Shown: positions 1-13,731, numbered from the whole stretch's first letter. The stretch is 63,858 nucleotides of DNA, filler included, from Octopus bimaculoides (GCF_001194135.2; 6 parts of 4 records of this genome joined end to end with filler, not necessarily neighbours in it); one strand, 5' to 3'. Program-made: numbers and translations. The notes: a model not told the origin generated them from the sequence alone.

Positions 1-895
1 TATATATATATATATTATTCTTGACCAAGAATTTTGATGGCAGTGACTTCGAACTTTCAGCCATCTAACCCATCGTCAGACTGCGATGAATCAGAGTTCG
101 GTTCTCTTTAGTGTCTGTTGAGATAAAATCATCTTTGGGTGTATGTGATTTTGAGTGAGGTGGTAATTAGGATTTTCATGGTTAGTTGTTAGGGATAGGT
201 GATTTGGAAATATTTTAATGGATAAAATTATGGTATTGTTAAGAATTTATTCATGCTTGTAGAACTTTCTAAACACGCCTGTATGTATTTCTCTTTCGTT
301 AGGTAAGCACAAGTGGTGACAGTATCTTTATTCCGTTTGATGTCGATTTAATCTTTCTGCTTTGACAATAAAAAGTCAAAGGTACAGTGCCCAGTTATTG
401 ATCCCTTTGTAATTAGGTGTGGCAACTTCTTATCCACAAAAGAATGAGGTAATGTGGTGAGTTTAGGCTGGCCATTTCTTTACTAGGTGTACTTGTCATT
501 TAGGGTCTTCCTTCTTTTCATTTGTAAGGGTGGGATAATTAATTAGGCATGTGATGGCGTTGTTGGTATAAAAAAATTGTTTCTTTATGCACTGATGTTC
601 AAAAAATTATTTGCGTAAAGTTGGTACGTCTATTTGATTCTCTCTAGCTCTTTATTGTTCTATAAGCAATTTTTTTTAGTATACTGTGATTTAGCGCTTC
701 TGATTTTTGGAGGTAGACTTTGTTTATAATAATTCTTCAAATTAAGTGGGCCAATGTAGAAGCTATGTGTATAATTCATTTATAAAGAATGGGAACAGAT
801 ACAATGCATAATTTAATTAACAAGCATGCATATATATGCCAATACATGCATGTATATATAAATACATACACACAGAAGTATGCATATATGCACAC

Positions 896-932
<37 letters not shown>

Positions 933-2759
933 NNNNNNNNNNATATATATATATATATATATATGCGTGTATATCTGTGTTTGTGTGTGTGTATATATAT
1001 ATTCGAGATCTAACTCTTTCCCACAATAAGAAATTATAATATAGTCTATGTCCTACAGCTGATTGCAACAGTTGTTTTACGAATTTTTCCTTGTGTGTAA
1101 AAGAAATTTAACATCATATCAGTGATATCAAACTTCTAGCTCTAGAGGAGTGTTAACATGGATATATAACAATTGTTCATTAATGATGAAAGCTTTTATA
1201 AACACAATATTATTAAGAATAATAGATAATTTCATAAGTAAACAAAAACTAATTCCGATCTATTAAGTAATTATTCACTCTAGATAATTAAGATTATATG
1301 AAATATGTTGATTATTATAAATTAGTTTCTTTGCAGTAATTCCTCGTTATCTCTAATGAAAATTAATTTAGTTGTTATTCGCGTGCATGTTTTTTTTTTA
1401 ATGGAAATGCTTCTTAATTAAGCGTCACGTAACTGAAATAGCTTCTTATATGTTTCTGGTTTTAGCGTAAGTCTATTCATTCAAACAAAGACATACGCTA
1501 TATTAATGAACTCACCCGAGGCTGGTGTCAATCAAACAGAATAATTATCGAATAAGAAACTGGATTGATGATGGTTGATGATAGAGGTAGAATAAAGTCT
1601 AAAGTCTAGCTTCTACGTTACTAAACGTATTTATATTGTAACGAGCGTCGAGTCATATTGGCAAGGGTTATGTGTGTTGATTTTGCTCGTATATATAAGC
1701 ATACACATATGCTGTACACATGCGCGGGCTTACATCTGCTTACATAGTTATGGACGAAAGCAAAACACACCTAATTAGACAATGCATCATATGCTATAAT
1801 ACTTGCACCTTACAACAAACCTCTTGGTAATTTCAATGATGTTTGCACTGTGTTGTTTCTAGAAATGGACTCCAGATTTTGCTGCGTCATATATGAGATA
1901 AAACACTAAGAGACCACAAGATAATATGAGTGCTATCATTAAAGGGACTTTGCAAGTTTGTGTTGCCTATTGTGCTGTTGAAATACACTTCATTGATACA
2001 TGTAGATATTGTATCATTGCATTAATGAAGCAGACAATGATCTCATGTTGGTGTTGATAGGCGTTTCCTGATAATACGAATGAATGCATATCTCGTGGGA
2101 AGTCATTATATTGAATGTGGTTGATTGAGTTTCGTTTATATGTTGTAGATAATCGTGGTGGAAAATGCTATCATCTACATGGTGCTGTTAAAAGCATCGA
2201 CGTGCATATAATTCATATAGAAATGTCTTAGAGATATATTAAGGAATTCCAAAAAATTCTTTCATATTTACAACATGCCAGTAAGATACAGTTCAGTCGA
2301 AGACATTGGAGCTGGATAGTGCATGCATTAATGTAAGGAAAACTCTTTCTTCGGAGACATGGCCGAAATTTTGGTTAATTCACTGAAAGCAAAGTTAACA
2401 ACTTTGTTTTCGGAGAAGACGTCTATGTAATGTGAGTCAAAGATATGTAGCACAGAAGTTGTATTGCTAAATTCAAAAGATAAGGTATTGAAACACAAGT
2501 CGCAACAACTGGTTTTATGCCATTTCACGCTATCAAAATGGAGAAATGATGTATAACGAGAAGAGAGAGAGAGAAAGAGAATGAGATAGAGAGGGTGGAG
2601 TCTTAAATTCTATCATTACTTGCGTACACAAACTTGTTAATTGTTCAAATATGCTTGAAGCATATTCTAACATGTAAGAAAGACATTCATTGTATTTCGT
2701 CAAGGAAAACAATTCTCATTGCAGAGTGAATATATAAATATGCATACGTACATACGTGT

Positions 2760-3070
2760 GGAGACACATGGCCTAGGGGTTAGAGCAGCGGATTTCACGG
2801 TTGAGAGATTGCGAGTTCGAATCTCAGACCGGGCAATGCAATGTGTGTGCTTATGTGCGAAACACCTAATCTCCACGCGGCTCCGGCAGGAGATAATGGC
2901 GAACCTGTGCTGACACTTTCGCCCCACCTATCTCTCACTCTTTCCTCCAGCATCAAGCAACCCATCTGCTACAAACCGACGTTCCGTCCAGGTGGGGAAC
3001 CTATACGCCAACGAAATCGGGAAACCATCCCTTATGAGCCAGGCATGGCTCGAGAAGGAACAAACAACAC
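2760..3070 (+). mobile_element. tRNA-derived SINE
   Basis: tRNA-like head GGAGACACATGGCCTAGGGGTTAGAGC...GAGTTCGAATCTC with A box (~2769-2780) and B box (~2813-2823); 3' part resembles the 17733 copy; A/C-rich tail. Confidence 0.75.
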
Positions 3071-3667
3071 ATACATACGTACGTACGTACATACATACAA
3101 ACATACATAACAATGGCGCCCTTGACATGTGTAAAGGACAGTTTAATAGATCCATTTTGAACGCCTTTCTCAAAGACTATGCCGATTTCTCCGGGCTAAA
3201 TCAGTAAGTAAATCGGTTCATTTCTCCAGTAACAGAAACACCGTTTACTCACCAACGTAGCATTATCCTGAACAGATTTTAAAATTTACATCTACACCAC
3301 GTGAAATCTCGCTAGCACATTCTGGCTGAAACGAACGCCACAAAAGATGAAACTAACGTCCGAATAAAACAACTATTTCATCAGTAAGTTATTTAAGAAG
3401 ATGTAAATACTCTTCTTATTTTACTTGGAGTAATTTGAACGTTAGGTTTTGTTAGTAAATGCTTGAAATAAAATCTGAATAAAACTGAGAACTTCAGAAA
3501 TAGAAATCAACCAGCTAATTCGTACATTACAAGTGCAATCTGTGAGTGGAACAATAAAAATATGCAATAATTTTTCTCAAGCTCCAAAATGTGAATTTGT
3601 CTTTATTAGCTACATCTCAAAGATGGAACATTGTATCTTTGCTGGAAACCACCCCTCCTCACAGGAG

Positions 3668-3738
<71 letters not shown>

Positions 3739-3850
3739 GATATACATAGATACATACATATATACATGCATACATATGTATATATATGTGTGTGCGTGTG
3801 TGCGTGCATGTATATATATGTATATATTTATATATATATGCATATATGTA

Positions 3851-3946
<96 letters not shown>

Positions 3947-5037
3947 AGGGAACCTCAAGGCAAATTCACCTCAGTTGCCGTGGAGAAAAATTTCTCTCTA
4001 ATGGTAAAAAGGTGTGTAAACGTTGGCAAATTATAATCTTAGTTTTGAAACATAACACGTAAACTATTCAAATATATACCTCCTGAGAAATTTCATCATA
4101 TTTACGAAAATTTGTTCGCACCCAACGTGTGTGCATATCTCATTATCAAAAACCTTGAAGATACATTTCGACAAAGACCAGTATTCGACGATGAATTAGC
4201 GAGAACGTCATCTTTAAAGAATAAAGTGTTAGAATTTCTACGATAAAGCAGTTTTGTGGATTCAGGATATGTATAATATAATATATCAACTATCCATGTC
4301 TTCGAAAATCAATTTCTGATCGTCAACTTTATGAAGACAAGCGGTAACTGCCGTAGAAGTTGAAACACAATTGTTTTTGGATTTTAACTCTATGACAAAA
4401 TAAATAAACAAAGAAATAAATAAATGGTAGAAAATTAAAATTTTAATTTTTTTTAAGCGAGCTTTCCTTTTTACAATATGTTGCTGTTTCATTATGTACC
4501 GTAGTGATTGAGAAATTAACACATTCAAAATTGCTACAAAGAAGATAATCAGGCCTGCTAGCCTGCAGGAATTGTTCGATCTTTTAAAATGTATTATCAG
4601 TTTTGTTTCATTACACATGATTTTGAAAAGTATATGAACGAAACAAATAGCAACGAAGCTGATTAAGTTGTACGTTTGGTCGTGATAACAGACAAAGCTA
4701 ATGACCACCATGGAATTGTGAAAAATTCATTGATATCTTAGTAGTTGCAATAACTTCACAGAAATTAGCATTTCTCTCTCTTTCATAATATTATTAGACA
4801 CCTGAGACACATAGGCCTTAGAAGAAGCTATGTAAATGAAGCTTAATTGATAACTTTTAGTCTGTTTTAGTGATATTTTCAGTAGTTGCATCCAATAAGG
4901 TTATCAAAGAGGACACGTATCAGAAAAAAAGTCTAAAGGTTTCAGCAACAGAAACCTGTAACCCCAAAAAGATAAGGGGGCTAATACTAAAATATTACTG
5001 TGTAATATTAATGATGATGATGATTATGATGAAGTTG

Positions 5038-5088
<51 letters not shown>

Positions 5089-5144
5089 ATTAATAGTAAT
5101 AATAATAACGATAATAATAATAATAATAATGATAATAATAATTA

Positions 5145-5460
5145 AATCGGACACAGAATGGCCCGATATATAACTTATCAAAGGTGGTAGAGGCTTTATA
5201 CTGCTTGAAAAGTATTGCAAAATAACCACCATGGGACTTCAGAAATACCTACTTTAAAAGTAAGGAAAACTAATACAATTAGCCACAAAACACGAACAAG
5301 ATAAAAAAACTGTTTTCTGTCTTTAAGGAAGCTGACAGATACGAAAAAGAAATCACAGTACCTAGCAACAATTGAGAAAAAGAAGAAATTGCAAACGCTG
5401 GAACAAAATTGACAGGGATTCCTCCGAGCAGAGACGGCAACTCCTTGATATTATATTTTA
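5145..5460 (+). mobile_element. Decayed non-LTR retrotransposon fragment, R4/Dong-like post-RT region
   Basis: Broken frame KGGRGFILLEKYCKITTMGLQKYL...HEQDKK/LFSVFKEADRYEKE resembles the GGRGL motif region of RLE-type LINEs; begins directly after an (ATT)n/(AAT)n tract. Confidence 0.45.
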
Positions 5461-5484
5461 TGGTTTCACGTGCCTTACTATAGA

Positions 5485-5805
5485 CTAAGTTATGCTGCAC
5501 TTCATTTTATCCTCCTTCAGTTGCCATACGAAATCGGCAACTGATGTTGAACGTCTCTTATTGATTGTCTTAAAGCTGGCGACATGGTTACGATAATAAT
5601 TCTTAAATGAATCAGCCGTCTGCCCAGTGTAAACATACGGTCCTCCCCTTGTGTGCACGATACATTTATATAGAATATTTGTTCTCCTACAGAGATTCAT
5701 ATATATGTCGCATGGCCAAAGATTACCGTGAATTTTTTTTAGAGACACTTTCAAATTTATCAGAATATTGAGGCTGAAGATTGGAATAGTGAAATTTCCA
5801 TTCAC
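5485..5805 (-). mobile_element. Penelope-like element remnant, GIY-YIG endonuclease
   Basis: ILYKCIV...YVYTGQTADSFKNYYRNHVASF...STSVADFVWQLKE matches the PLE GIY-YIG pattern (IYK...YIGxT...FKxRYxNH...ST.LS..IW.LK). Confidence 0.8.
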
Positions 5806-6016
5806 TTAACCATGAAACGATTCGTATCCAATTAACTAAAGGCTTGGCTTGTTTACGCTTTTCCCTCCGGTTTTTTGTTCTATGTGTGCCATAAATATCG
5901 CCATCCACTTTAGAGAAAATTTGTAGTTTGGAATCAGTAGTTCTTTGACTGCTATTTCTAAATTTTCAGTATGTTGGAGAAGCAACTCAATTGCTAATCC
6001 CTGTATATTTATAATG

Positions 6017-6074
<58 letters not shown>

Positions 6075-7724
6075 ATACACCCGCACACACACATATAGAT
6101 GTATGTACACATTTTGTTTTCACATACAAGCAGACACTCACACATACACGCACACACGCATACACACACACATGCATACACACACACATACGCACACACA
6201 GATGAGGAAAGAGAGATTTGAAACAGGTAAGAACGTCCTTGTTGAATTTCTACTGATTTTCTATGAAATAAATTTAGGTATTGAACCAGAGTTGAGAAGA
6301 AACATGACTTTTTACTGACCAATGTGTGTCCAGATATACTTTTCAATTAACTTGATTATAATCCTGAAGATAAAGTGTGCATTCCATTCTTAAATAAAAC
6401 CAAAATATCTAGAGAGTATTGTTAGTTACAATTTCTTGATAAAGTAGACGCTGCTCTGTTGTAAAATCAATTTTTCATCAATAATATGCCAAGTATGTTA
6501 GCTTTAGTTTCTGCAGTTATCGGAATAGCTATAGATTTACATTTATTATATAATAAATAATCTTTGGTAAATACGAAAGATTAATTTCTTTTTGTCTTTT
6601 ACTAAGCATCTATTTTCAACATAGAGTTGTTTCACCACGAAGAGCAACCTCTGAGAAATTTACATACGGAATAAAAATAACACAAGTAGATAATCTTCCA
6701 TAGTAAGCCTCTCAAATTCATTCATTTTCCTTTAAGTATTTTCAGTGTTGCTGCAAATAATTCATGAAAAATATATGATCTTGACTATGAAAAACACGAC
6801 TTTATCCAGATGAATAAGGTGGGTATGAATTACAAACTTTGGTATGAGGAAAGATTTGGTAGTTAGTGGTGTTGGAGCGAGAAAGGAAAAAGAGTTTATA
6901 AATGATAGGAAAACTTGGAGAGTGTGGACGGATGAGTGAACTTATGTTGCTCAAAGGAGTATGGAATAAGAATGATGCGGCGTGGGTAAGCCAGCATATG
7001 CTGTCGGGCCCATTGATGAAGTTGAGGATTGCGTTCTATGCTTTGACCCGAGCATAGAACGAACTCGCCTCTTTGAGCTGGGAAATGAATGGACTGCTTG
7101 GTGTGTGTCTTTTTGAGGCTACCCCTTGCTAAAAAATGTGGAATAGACTTGGGTATATATATATATACATATATGAATGATACATCTGTTGGCACTCACT
7201 GAATTATAAACACATTGTTAATAGTTTTAGGCACTCTTCACAAATTAATGATTTTCTTTTTTTATTGTGATGTCATCACTCACTTGTAAATGAAGCAATA
7301 TATTAGGGTGTAAATTCGTTTAGACATAACGAACCTAATGACACGTAGATTGAAATGAATATGTGTATGCTTTATATTAATGTTTATGTTCAGTACAGAG
7401 TGTAATATCAATTAATGCCTGACAATAATAAAGGCGCCACATCATCAAGTTCGTTAATTTACAACTGTTTTCGTTGTATGGAGTAGGGTAGTCAAAGAAG
7501 AGTGCTTGTGCAACATCATATAAATTTCTCGGAAGCAATCGCAGTTTGCACAATCTCTTAATGTTATGCATATAATATAAACAAATGCCAGCGACTGATG
7601 GCGATTATGTGACTCCTCTTCACTTGTCATTCACACAAATACATTTGTCACTCACAAATATATACACACACACACACACATGTATGTACGTATGTTTAAA
7701 TGTATGTGTATATGAGGGTATGTA

Positions 7725-7758
<34 letters not shown>

Positions 7759-7858
7759 NNNNNNNNNNNNNNNNNNNNNNNNNNNNNNNNNNNNNNNNNN
7801 NNTTAATTAATTAANNNNNNNNNNNNNNNNNNNNNNNNNNNNNNNNNNNNNNNNNNNN
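7759..7858. other. Artificial scaffold spacer 44N-TTAATTAATTAA-44N (also at 28084-28183, 49834-49933, 52514-52613, 61973-62072)
   Basis: Identical 100-bp construct five times; the 12-mer is palindromic and gives stops in all six frames. Confidence 0.95.
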
Positions 7859-8077
7859 CCGTGGAGAGAAAAGCCTACGGAAAAGACCACGGTCACCTCA
7901 GGCTTTTTTTTTAAAAGGTACATGAAAGTAAGTACCTTCTCTCTTTTTGTCTCTTTTTGTTACAAGTCTATGCTTAAAATGGTGTCGTCTTTCATTCTTA
8001 CTATTCTTGCCACATTTACCCATTTTTTATTGAAACTTTCATTCGACAATACTTTCCTCTCTATCCTCATCCTCCTT

Positions 8078-8153
<76 letters not shown>

Positions 8154-8470
8154 CAGTTGAATAAATATAGTGAGGAAGTTGTTGATGTAGCATGGTGATA
8201 GCACGTTACATCGAGAGACGTGAGGTGTATAGTAAATGATTGACAACCAACAATACTTGTTTGACTATATATAACAAAAATTATACAGATTGTATGATCT
8301 TTCTGAAGGTGAAACAACTTGGACCTTGGAAATCAATCAATGCCTAAAAAAAATTATGAGCTACAGTAAAAGGAAAATATAATATAGAATAAATGAGTGA
8401 ATATGAATAACAAATAACTGATTTGATTATCACAAATTCACAACAAAAGTTCCATTTCTTAGACCGTCGG

Positions 8471-8771
8471 TGTATAGGGCATTGTTAATGTTGTGGCGAG
8501 AATAGAATGACCAAACGACTATAAATAGTAGCGGTTTGAGTGAGATAAAGAGACAGAGTAGGCGTTAATCGCAGAAAGTCGTAAGGTGTTGTTTTGGTAG
8601 TCTGTCGGAATATCGTTTGTTGGTTCGTGTATAGTTCGTGGAGAGTTTGTTGTATCGTTACGTTGTTGTTATCTGCTTCGTTATTTATTTTGTTCTTACT
8701 ACACGGTTATGGTGTAAAAAAAAAAGTATCGTCATAACAATTTGTGATACAACAATATTAGCGACGAGGAT
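8471..8771 (+). repeat. Putative 5' LTR (TG...CA, ~8471-8754) and primer-binding site
   Basis: TATAAATAG at ~8520; ends ...TACAACA at 8754, followed by TTAGCGACGAGGAT, resembling the TGGCGACGAG-type PBS of Gypsy elements. No 3' LTR visible; left boundary approximate. Confidence 0.5.
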
Positions 8772-8910
8772 TCGAAGCTCACTCATTTAACAAATTTTTG
8801 TGATACAAAGTTGTTAATTATGGAAGACCTATTAACTTCTACAATACAGTTGCAAAAGCAACAGCAAGAAAACAACAGGAGTTGCAGCAACAACTACAAC
8901 GGCGTAGCAA

Positions 8911-9078
8911 CAAGAGTCGAACATCAATACTCAAGAGTCGAATAACAGTACACATGAGTCGAACAACAATACTCAAGAGTCGAACAATAATACTCAAGAG
9001 TTGAACAACAGTACACAAAAGTCGAATAACAGTACCCAAGAGTCGAACAACAGTACTCAAGAGTCGAACAGCAGTTGC
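8911..9078 (+). repeat. 21-bp tandem repeat x8 within gag (heptad RVEQQYS)
   Basis: CAAGAGTCGAACAACAGTACT-like units starting every 21 bp from 8911 to 9058; in frame with ATG 8820. Confidence 0.9.
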
Positions 9079-11306
9079 TGGAATTAATAAAGAAATCTGG
9101 AAACACTATAAGTTAGTTTTCAACAGACGGCGTGTAACAGAACTCTATAACAGAATTCAGTTATAATCCAGAGGAGGGTATAACGTTTGCGGCGTACTTC
9201 AGAAGGTACGGAGAACTCTTTAGGGAAAATTGCAAGTCGTGGACGGACGAGGAAAAAGTAAGATTATTATTATAGAACATGAAAAATATTGTAATTTTAT
9301 ACTACCCACCAAAAAATTAATGAAATTTGTTTTCAGGAAACAGTCGAATTACTATCAAAAATGTTCACTGATAAGAATTCCCTATATAACACTCGATGGG
9401 AGTGTTGGAATCTAGTTAAAAAAGAGGATGAAGTCTTTGTCACGTATGCCGGGACCGTAAACAGAATGTGTGAAAGGTTTAAACTGAAGGAACTAACTCG
9501 TGATATGTTTAAGTGCCTTATTTTCGTACAAGAGCTGGCGGCAAACAAAGATGCGGAGATACGTGCAAGAATTCTCACAAAAATTGGACAAGCGGACCAG
9601 AGTTTAACCCTGCAGACAGTTGCAAAGGAGTGTCAAAGACTGGTAAACTTGCGGACAGAACGTAATAAAAAATTGAAGAGAAAGATTTCTCACAAGTACA
9701 GGCATGTCAACTGGGAAGGAATAAACAAAAGAAAATGTCAGGATAAAACCCATGCTACGGATGTGGAGACCTACATTTCAAGAAGGATTGTCCTTTCAAA
9801 ACGCAAGAAACGTTACAGCTGCCAAAACAATAGGACACAAGAGCTCACATTGCAGAGCAAAGTTAGGAAGTTCGAACTTAAAAATTCTAAAGTTTTCTCA
9901 ACGGAAAGTAGAAACGACACCAAAAAGAGAAAATTTGTACATGTAAAAGCAAACAAACGAAGTGTATGTTAAATTACAACTAAATACTGGTAGCGACATT
10001 TCGATTATCGATACCGACACGTGGAAAAGAATTGGAAAACCTACGTTAAGAAAAACATCGAACATTGTACGAGGCGTGACAGGTGAAAAACTACACTCCG
10101 TAGGCGAGATTTGGAGCGATATTACATTTCGTGGTAAAACCTGTAGAGTAAAAATTTTCGTGTTAAAAAATGCAACCGATCTGTTCGGTGCGGAGTGGAT
10201 GGAGTTGTTTGACTTAAGGGACCTCCCCATAAGTCTGTACTGTAAAAAAAACATTAATGACTGTCCCATAGTAAAAATAATTCAACAGATGAATTGAAGA
10301 AAAAATTTTAAATCTTGTTCCCTGAAGTGCTGTCGAATAAATTAGGTCTCTGTACTAAGACTGAGGCGTGGTTTCAAATAAATGAAAACGTCGTACCTGT
10401 GTTCAAACCTAATAGAAAGGTAACATTTGCTGCAATAAAACAGGTAGATGAAGATTAGACACACTAGAGAAAATTGGAATTATTCAAAAAGTGGATTATT
10501 CTAAATGGGCAGCACCAACGGTGTGTATTAATAAAAAAAGAATAACAAAATCAAAGTATGTGCCGATTTTTCTACTGGTTTGAATAACTGTCTAAAAATA
10601 TGTCATCCGGAAGATATTTTTGCAAAATTGAACGGTGCCAAGATATTTTTGAAACTGGATCTGCATGCATTTAGCAGAAATTTTCGAACTCGTATCTTGT
10701 AAATTGTGTTCCATCGTCCGATACTATGGTGTCCAGAACAGTGCAATCAAGCACATGTTTACCCCGCTCGACCATCCGACATCAAATGAGTAAGCAGAAT
10801 GATTCGTAGACACTTTTAAGCGAGCACTAAAAAAGCAAGGAATGAGTTAGGAAATGACGAAGCGCAAACTCAAATCTTAAGGGTGTACAGAATAACGCCC
10901 AGTCCCAATATAGGTTCAAGCAAGTCATCTGTAGAGTTAATGTTCGCTTAGAAGATGAAATCTATCTTCGACAAACTGTTGGCAAAGAAAAAGACGTATA
11001 GAGAAAATACAAAAAATTCAACAAAACATTTCGATGTAGGAGACAAAGTCCAAAAATATACAAGAACAATAAAGGTTGGGAGGACGGTATAGTGACTAAA
11101 AGAATTGGAAGCATGATGTATTTAATAAAAAATCTAACGATGGGAGCGTAAATGACACCTAAATCAATTAAAAACTACAATAGGGTACATCCCGAACGAA
11201 GCTTTAGTCTCATAGATGCATCACAGCCATCTCCATCACAATAATCTTAAAAAGTGATCAATTGGTGTTACATTAACCATCTCTCTCTCCCTCCCACCCT
11301 CTCTCT

Positions 11307-11362
<56 letters not shown>

Positions 11363-11683
11363 ATATATATATATATATATATATAAATTCAATAATAGGA
11401 CGAATTCTTTTACAAGAATTTATCAAGTAGCTAGCGTGAAAAAACCTCATAAGGGAAAAAATCCATCATTTATTCCCGAAATATATATTTATATTTATAT
11501 AAGGGCACTACTATACAATAACGCCTCACGCCATGAGGGACTCTCAGGTCAGACTACCATAAAAAGCACATTTTTACCGAATGCGAGGAAATACAACTCT
11601 CAAAGCCAACCCCTTAAAAACGGACTAAATTATAGATCATTATTTCGTAGTTATTGTAGTATTATACAACTTCTACTCGTCAG

Positions 11684-11912
11684 TATAATACGGTCAAGAA
11701 AAATAGAAATAAACAGTGAATCAACATACCAAACGAACACCGTGTATCCAGCATAGCATATAGACGACTGTTTACCGAGATGCAATTCGAAATTCCCGCC
11801 ACTTACATAGGGAAATAGCGATGAACAGTCGTCTATATGCTATGCTGGATACACGGTGTTCGTTTGGTATGTTGATTCTCTGTTTACTTCTATTTTTCTT
11901 GACCATATTATA
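11684..11912. repeat. Long near-perfect inverted repeat (foldback/MITE core), right arm runs into N gap
   Basis: 89-bp arms 11684-11772 and 11824-11912 with 3 differences; 51-nt spacer. Confidence 0.9.
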
Positions 11913-12162
11913 NNNNNNNNNNNNNNNNNNNNNNNNNNNNNNNNNNNNNNNNNNNNNNNNNNNNNNNNNNNNNNNNNNNNNNNNNNNNNNNNNNNNNNNN
12001 NNNNNNNNNNNNNNNNNNNNNNNNNNNNNNNNNNNNNNNNNNNNNNNNNNNNNNNNNNNNNNNNNNNNNNNNNNNNNNNNNNNNNNNNNNNNNNNNNNNN
12101 NNNNNNNNNNNNNNNNNNNNNNNNNNNNNNNNNNNNNNNNNNNNNNNNNNNNNNNNNNNNNN

Positions 12163-12196
<34 letters not shown>

Positions 12197-12209
12197 ACTT
12201 TGCCACCTA

Positions 12210-12960
12210 ACTCCAAATATTCAACGTGAGGTTTTTATGTTCAAAAGCTAAGAAATTAGTGTCAGGTGTAGTGATGCTCTGCCAAGATCGATATCCAAAT
12301 AATGATATTGATCTAGCCAAGGATATAAATATAGCCTATGGTTGTTCTGTTGCTTTAATTCTTTGTCCAAACTTTAAACTAAGCGAACCATTAGATGCAA
12401 CTATAGTCTCCAAGTACTTGAAGAGATTTCTGGTCTTTATTATTTCTCCTGTTCGATTGCAATTTGATGGATGACATAATTTATATTCATCATTTCAGTT
12501 TTTAAACCGTTAATAATCAAGCCAACCTTGCTTCTGTCTTTTATAAACTATCCAATATTTGTTGTATTTCTTCCGTTATTCATGCAATCATCACCAGACC
12601 AGCAGTATAATTGACATTGACTAGCGTCATTATTACCCGTCTATATTATTCCGCAAACTCCTGGTTGTAAAACTTTCTCCATCACATAATCAGTCACCAA
12701 AATAAAACTAGTTTTGGCAATACTTGTCATGAAAATCTTCTGGAAATCAACAAAACATAGGGTAACTAGCATTCTCAGTTCTTTTGTCAGTTGTATAGAG
12801 GCCTATTACAAAGATTTAATTATCACATCATTTTCTCCTTCTGATACCTGCTCAGAATCTTATCAACACTAGTTTCAATTCTACTTAAAATATCTGCAGA
12901 ATACCTTCGTGACCATAGGTAATAGAGTAATACCCCTTCAGTTCTTATATTCACACAATT
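12210..12960 (-). mobile_element. Decayed RTE-type LINE reverse transcriptase fragment
   Basis: Broken frames resembling YxCFVDFQK (~12760) and GEIIKTRNLFKYLETIVASNGSL...QRIK (RT C-terminal FKYLG region, ~12350-12460). Confidence 0.6.
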
Positions 12961-13229
12961 CTCTCTTTTAATGAATCGTGATTTTAATTCCTCTCCTCTG
13001 TCCTTACAAAATAAATTTGGATGTTTCTGGACGGACAACATCGAACTCAGACTAATTATATCGCAAATGATAAATGACCATTCCTCGTTATTTTGAATAA
13101 CATTGTCCAAGTGAAAAGAGGAAGAGAGAGAAATATCAGATTGGTTTATCAATCCATTAAAGAAATTACGAGTACAAGAAAAACAAATAGCTCTCACTTA
13201 GAGATATACAGGGAAAATTTTGAGTAAAG

Positions 13230-13620
13230 ATTTTAAAAATTGAATAGATGTAAGAGCATTTTGAAGCAGTACTAAACATTAAACATACTACTTCTACAAA
13301 ATAAGAAACTATCCCTCTGGGAATAGGGCCTGTATATTGAAACAGCGAAAACCACGATGTCACAAAAGTTATAAAGCAATTAAAGAAAACGCAATTAAAG
13401 AATTATAAAGCCCTAGATATAAATGGAATCCAGGGATGATAAAAGCTGGCGAAGTCATAACACTAATTGTGCTCTCAAGACTTTGTCCCAGATAAATGTT
13501 CCAGAATATGAGCCTACGTCATCCAAACACAAGATCAGGCTTTCACTTACAGGCAAACAGTAATCAGTTGCCGCACTACTCCATAAAAATGAACTGCAAA
13601 CATCTTGCACAAAACTTCTT
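13230..13620 (+). mobile_element. Decayed LINE fragment (region just upstream of RT)
   Basis: VIKQLKKTQLKNYKALDINGIQG..IKAGEV resembles the K.LKNGKAPGIDGI..E.IKAGG motif. Confidence 0.45.
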
Positions 13621-13731
13621 CTGAAGTAACAGTGAACATATTAATAGTACTTCATATAAAGTAATGCCAATCAGAAGGAAAATTATATGACAACATTTGA
13701 CCACACAAGTTATTAGCCAATATTATTAGCC

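Larger units (their letters stand above)
8471..11200 (+). mobile_element. Internally deleted, decayed Ty3/Gypsy LTR retrotransposon
   Basis: Gag from ATG 8820 (EFSYNPEEGITFAAYFRRY...WTDEEKVRLLL); protease LNTGSDISII (9962-10270); RT N-half KVDYSKWAAP...KVCADFSTGLN...PEDIFAKLNGAKIFLKLDL (~10480-10665). It then jumps straight to integrase HPTSNExAExFVDTFKRAL (~10770-10830) and a C-terminal GWEDGIVTKRIG motif. Many stops and frameshifts. Confidence 0.9.

Noticed and set aside
40-790. Possible Penelope remnant with CTGACGA...GAAA on the minus strand near 55-79
   Set aside because: No convincing RT or GIY-YIG translation in any frame, and stem II does not pair.
789-1068. Many YI/HT/CV/LS/IYLS-repeat ORFs throughout the track
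   Set aside because: Translations of (TA)n, (CA)n, (GA)n and (GATA)n microsatellites; no coding evidence.
3253-3325. Minus-strand exon-like segment (TTTCAG|...TTG|GTGAGT); similar ones at 1516, 34776-34887 and 52750-52837
   Set aside because: Stops in the compatible frames or no recognisable product; such motifs arise often by chance, and the 34887 one lies in a SINE remnant.
7032-7061. 11-bp perfect hairpin CGTTCTATGCT/AGCATAGAACG; also a 9-bp IR at 20032-20073
   Set aside because: Isolated and short; compatible with chance or a TE remnant in 64 kb.
7803-7814. TTAATTAATTAA palindrome recurring five times
   Set aside because: Always centred in an exact 44N+12+44N block; an artificial contig spacer, not biology.
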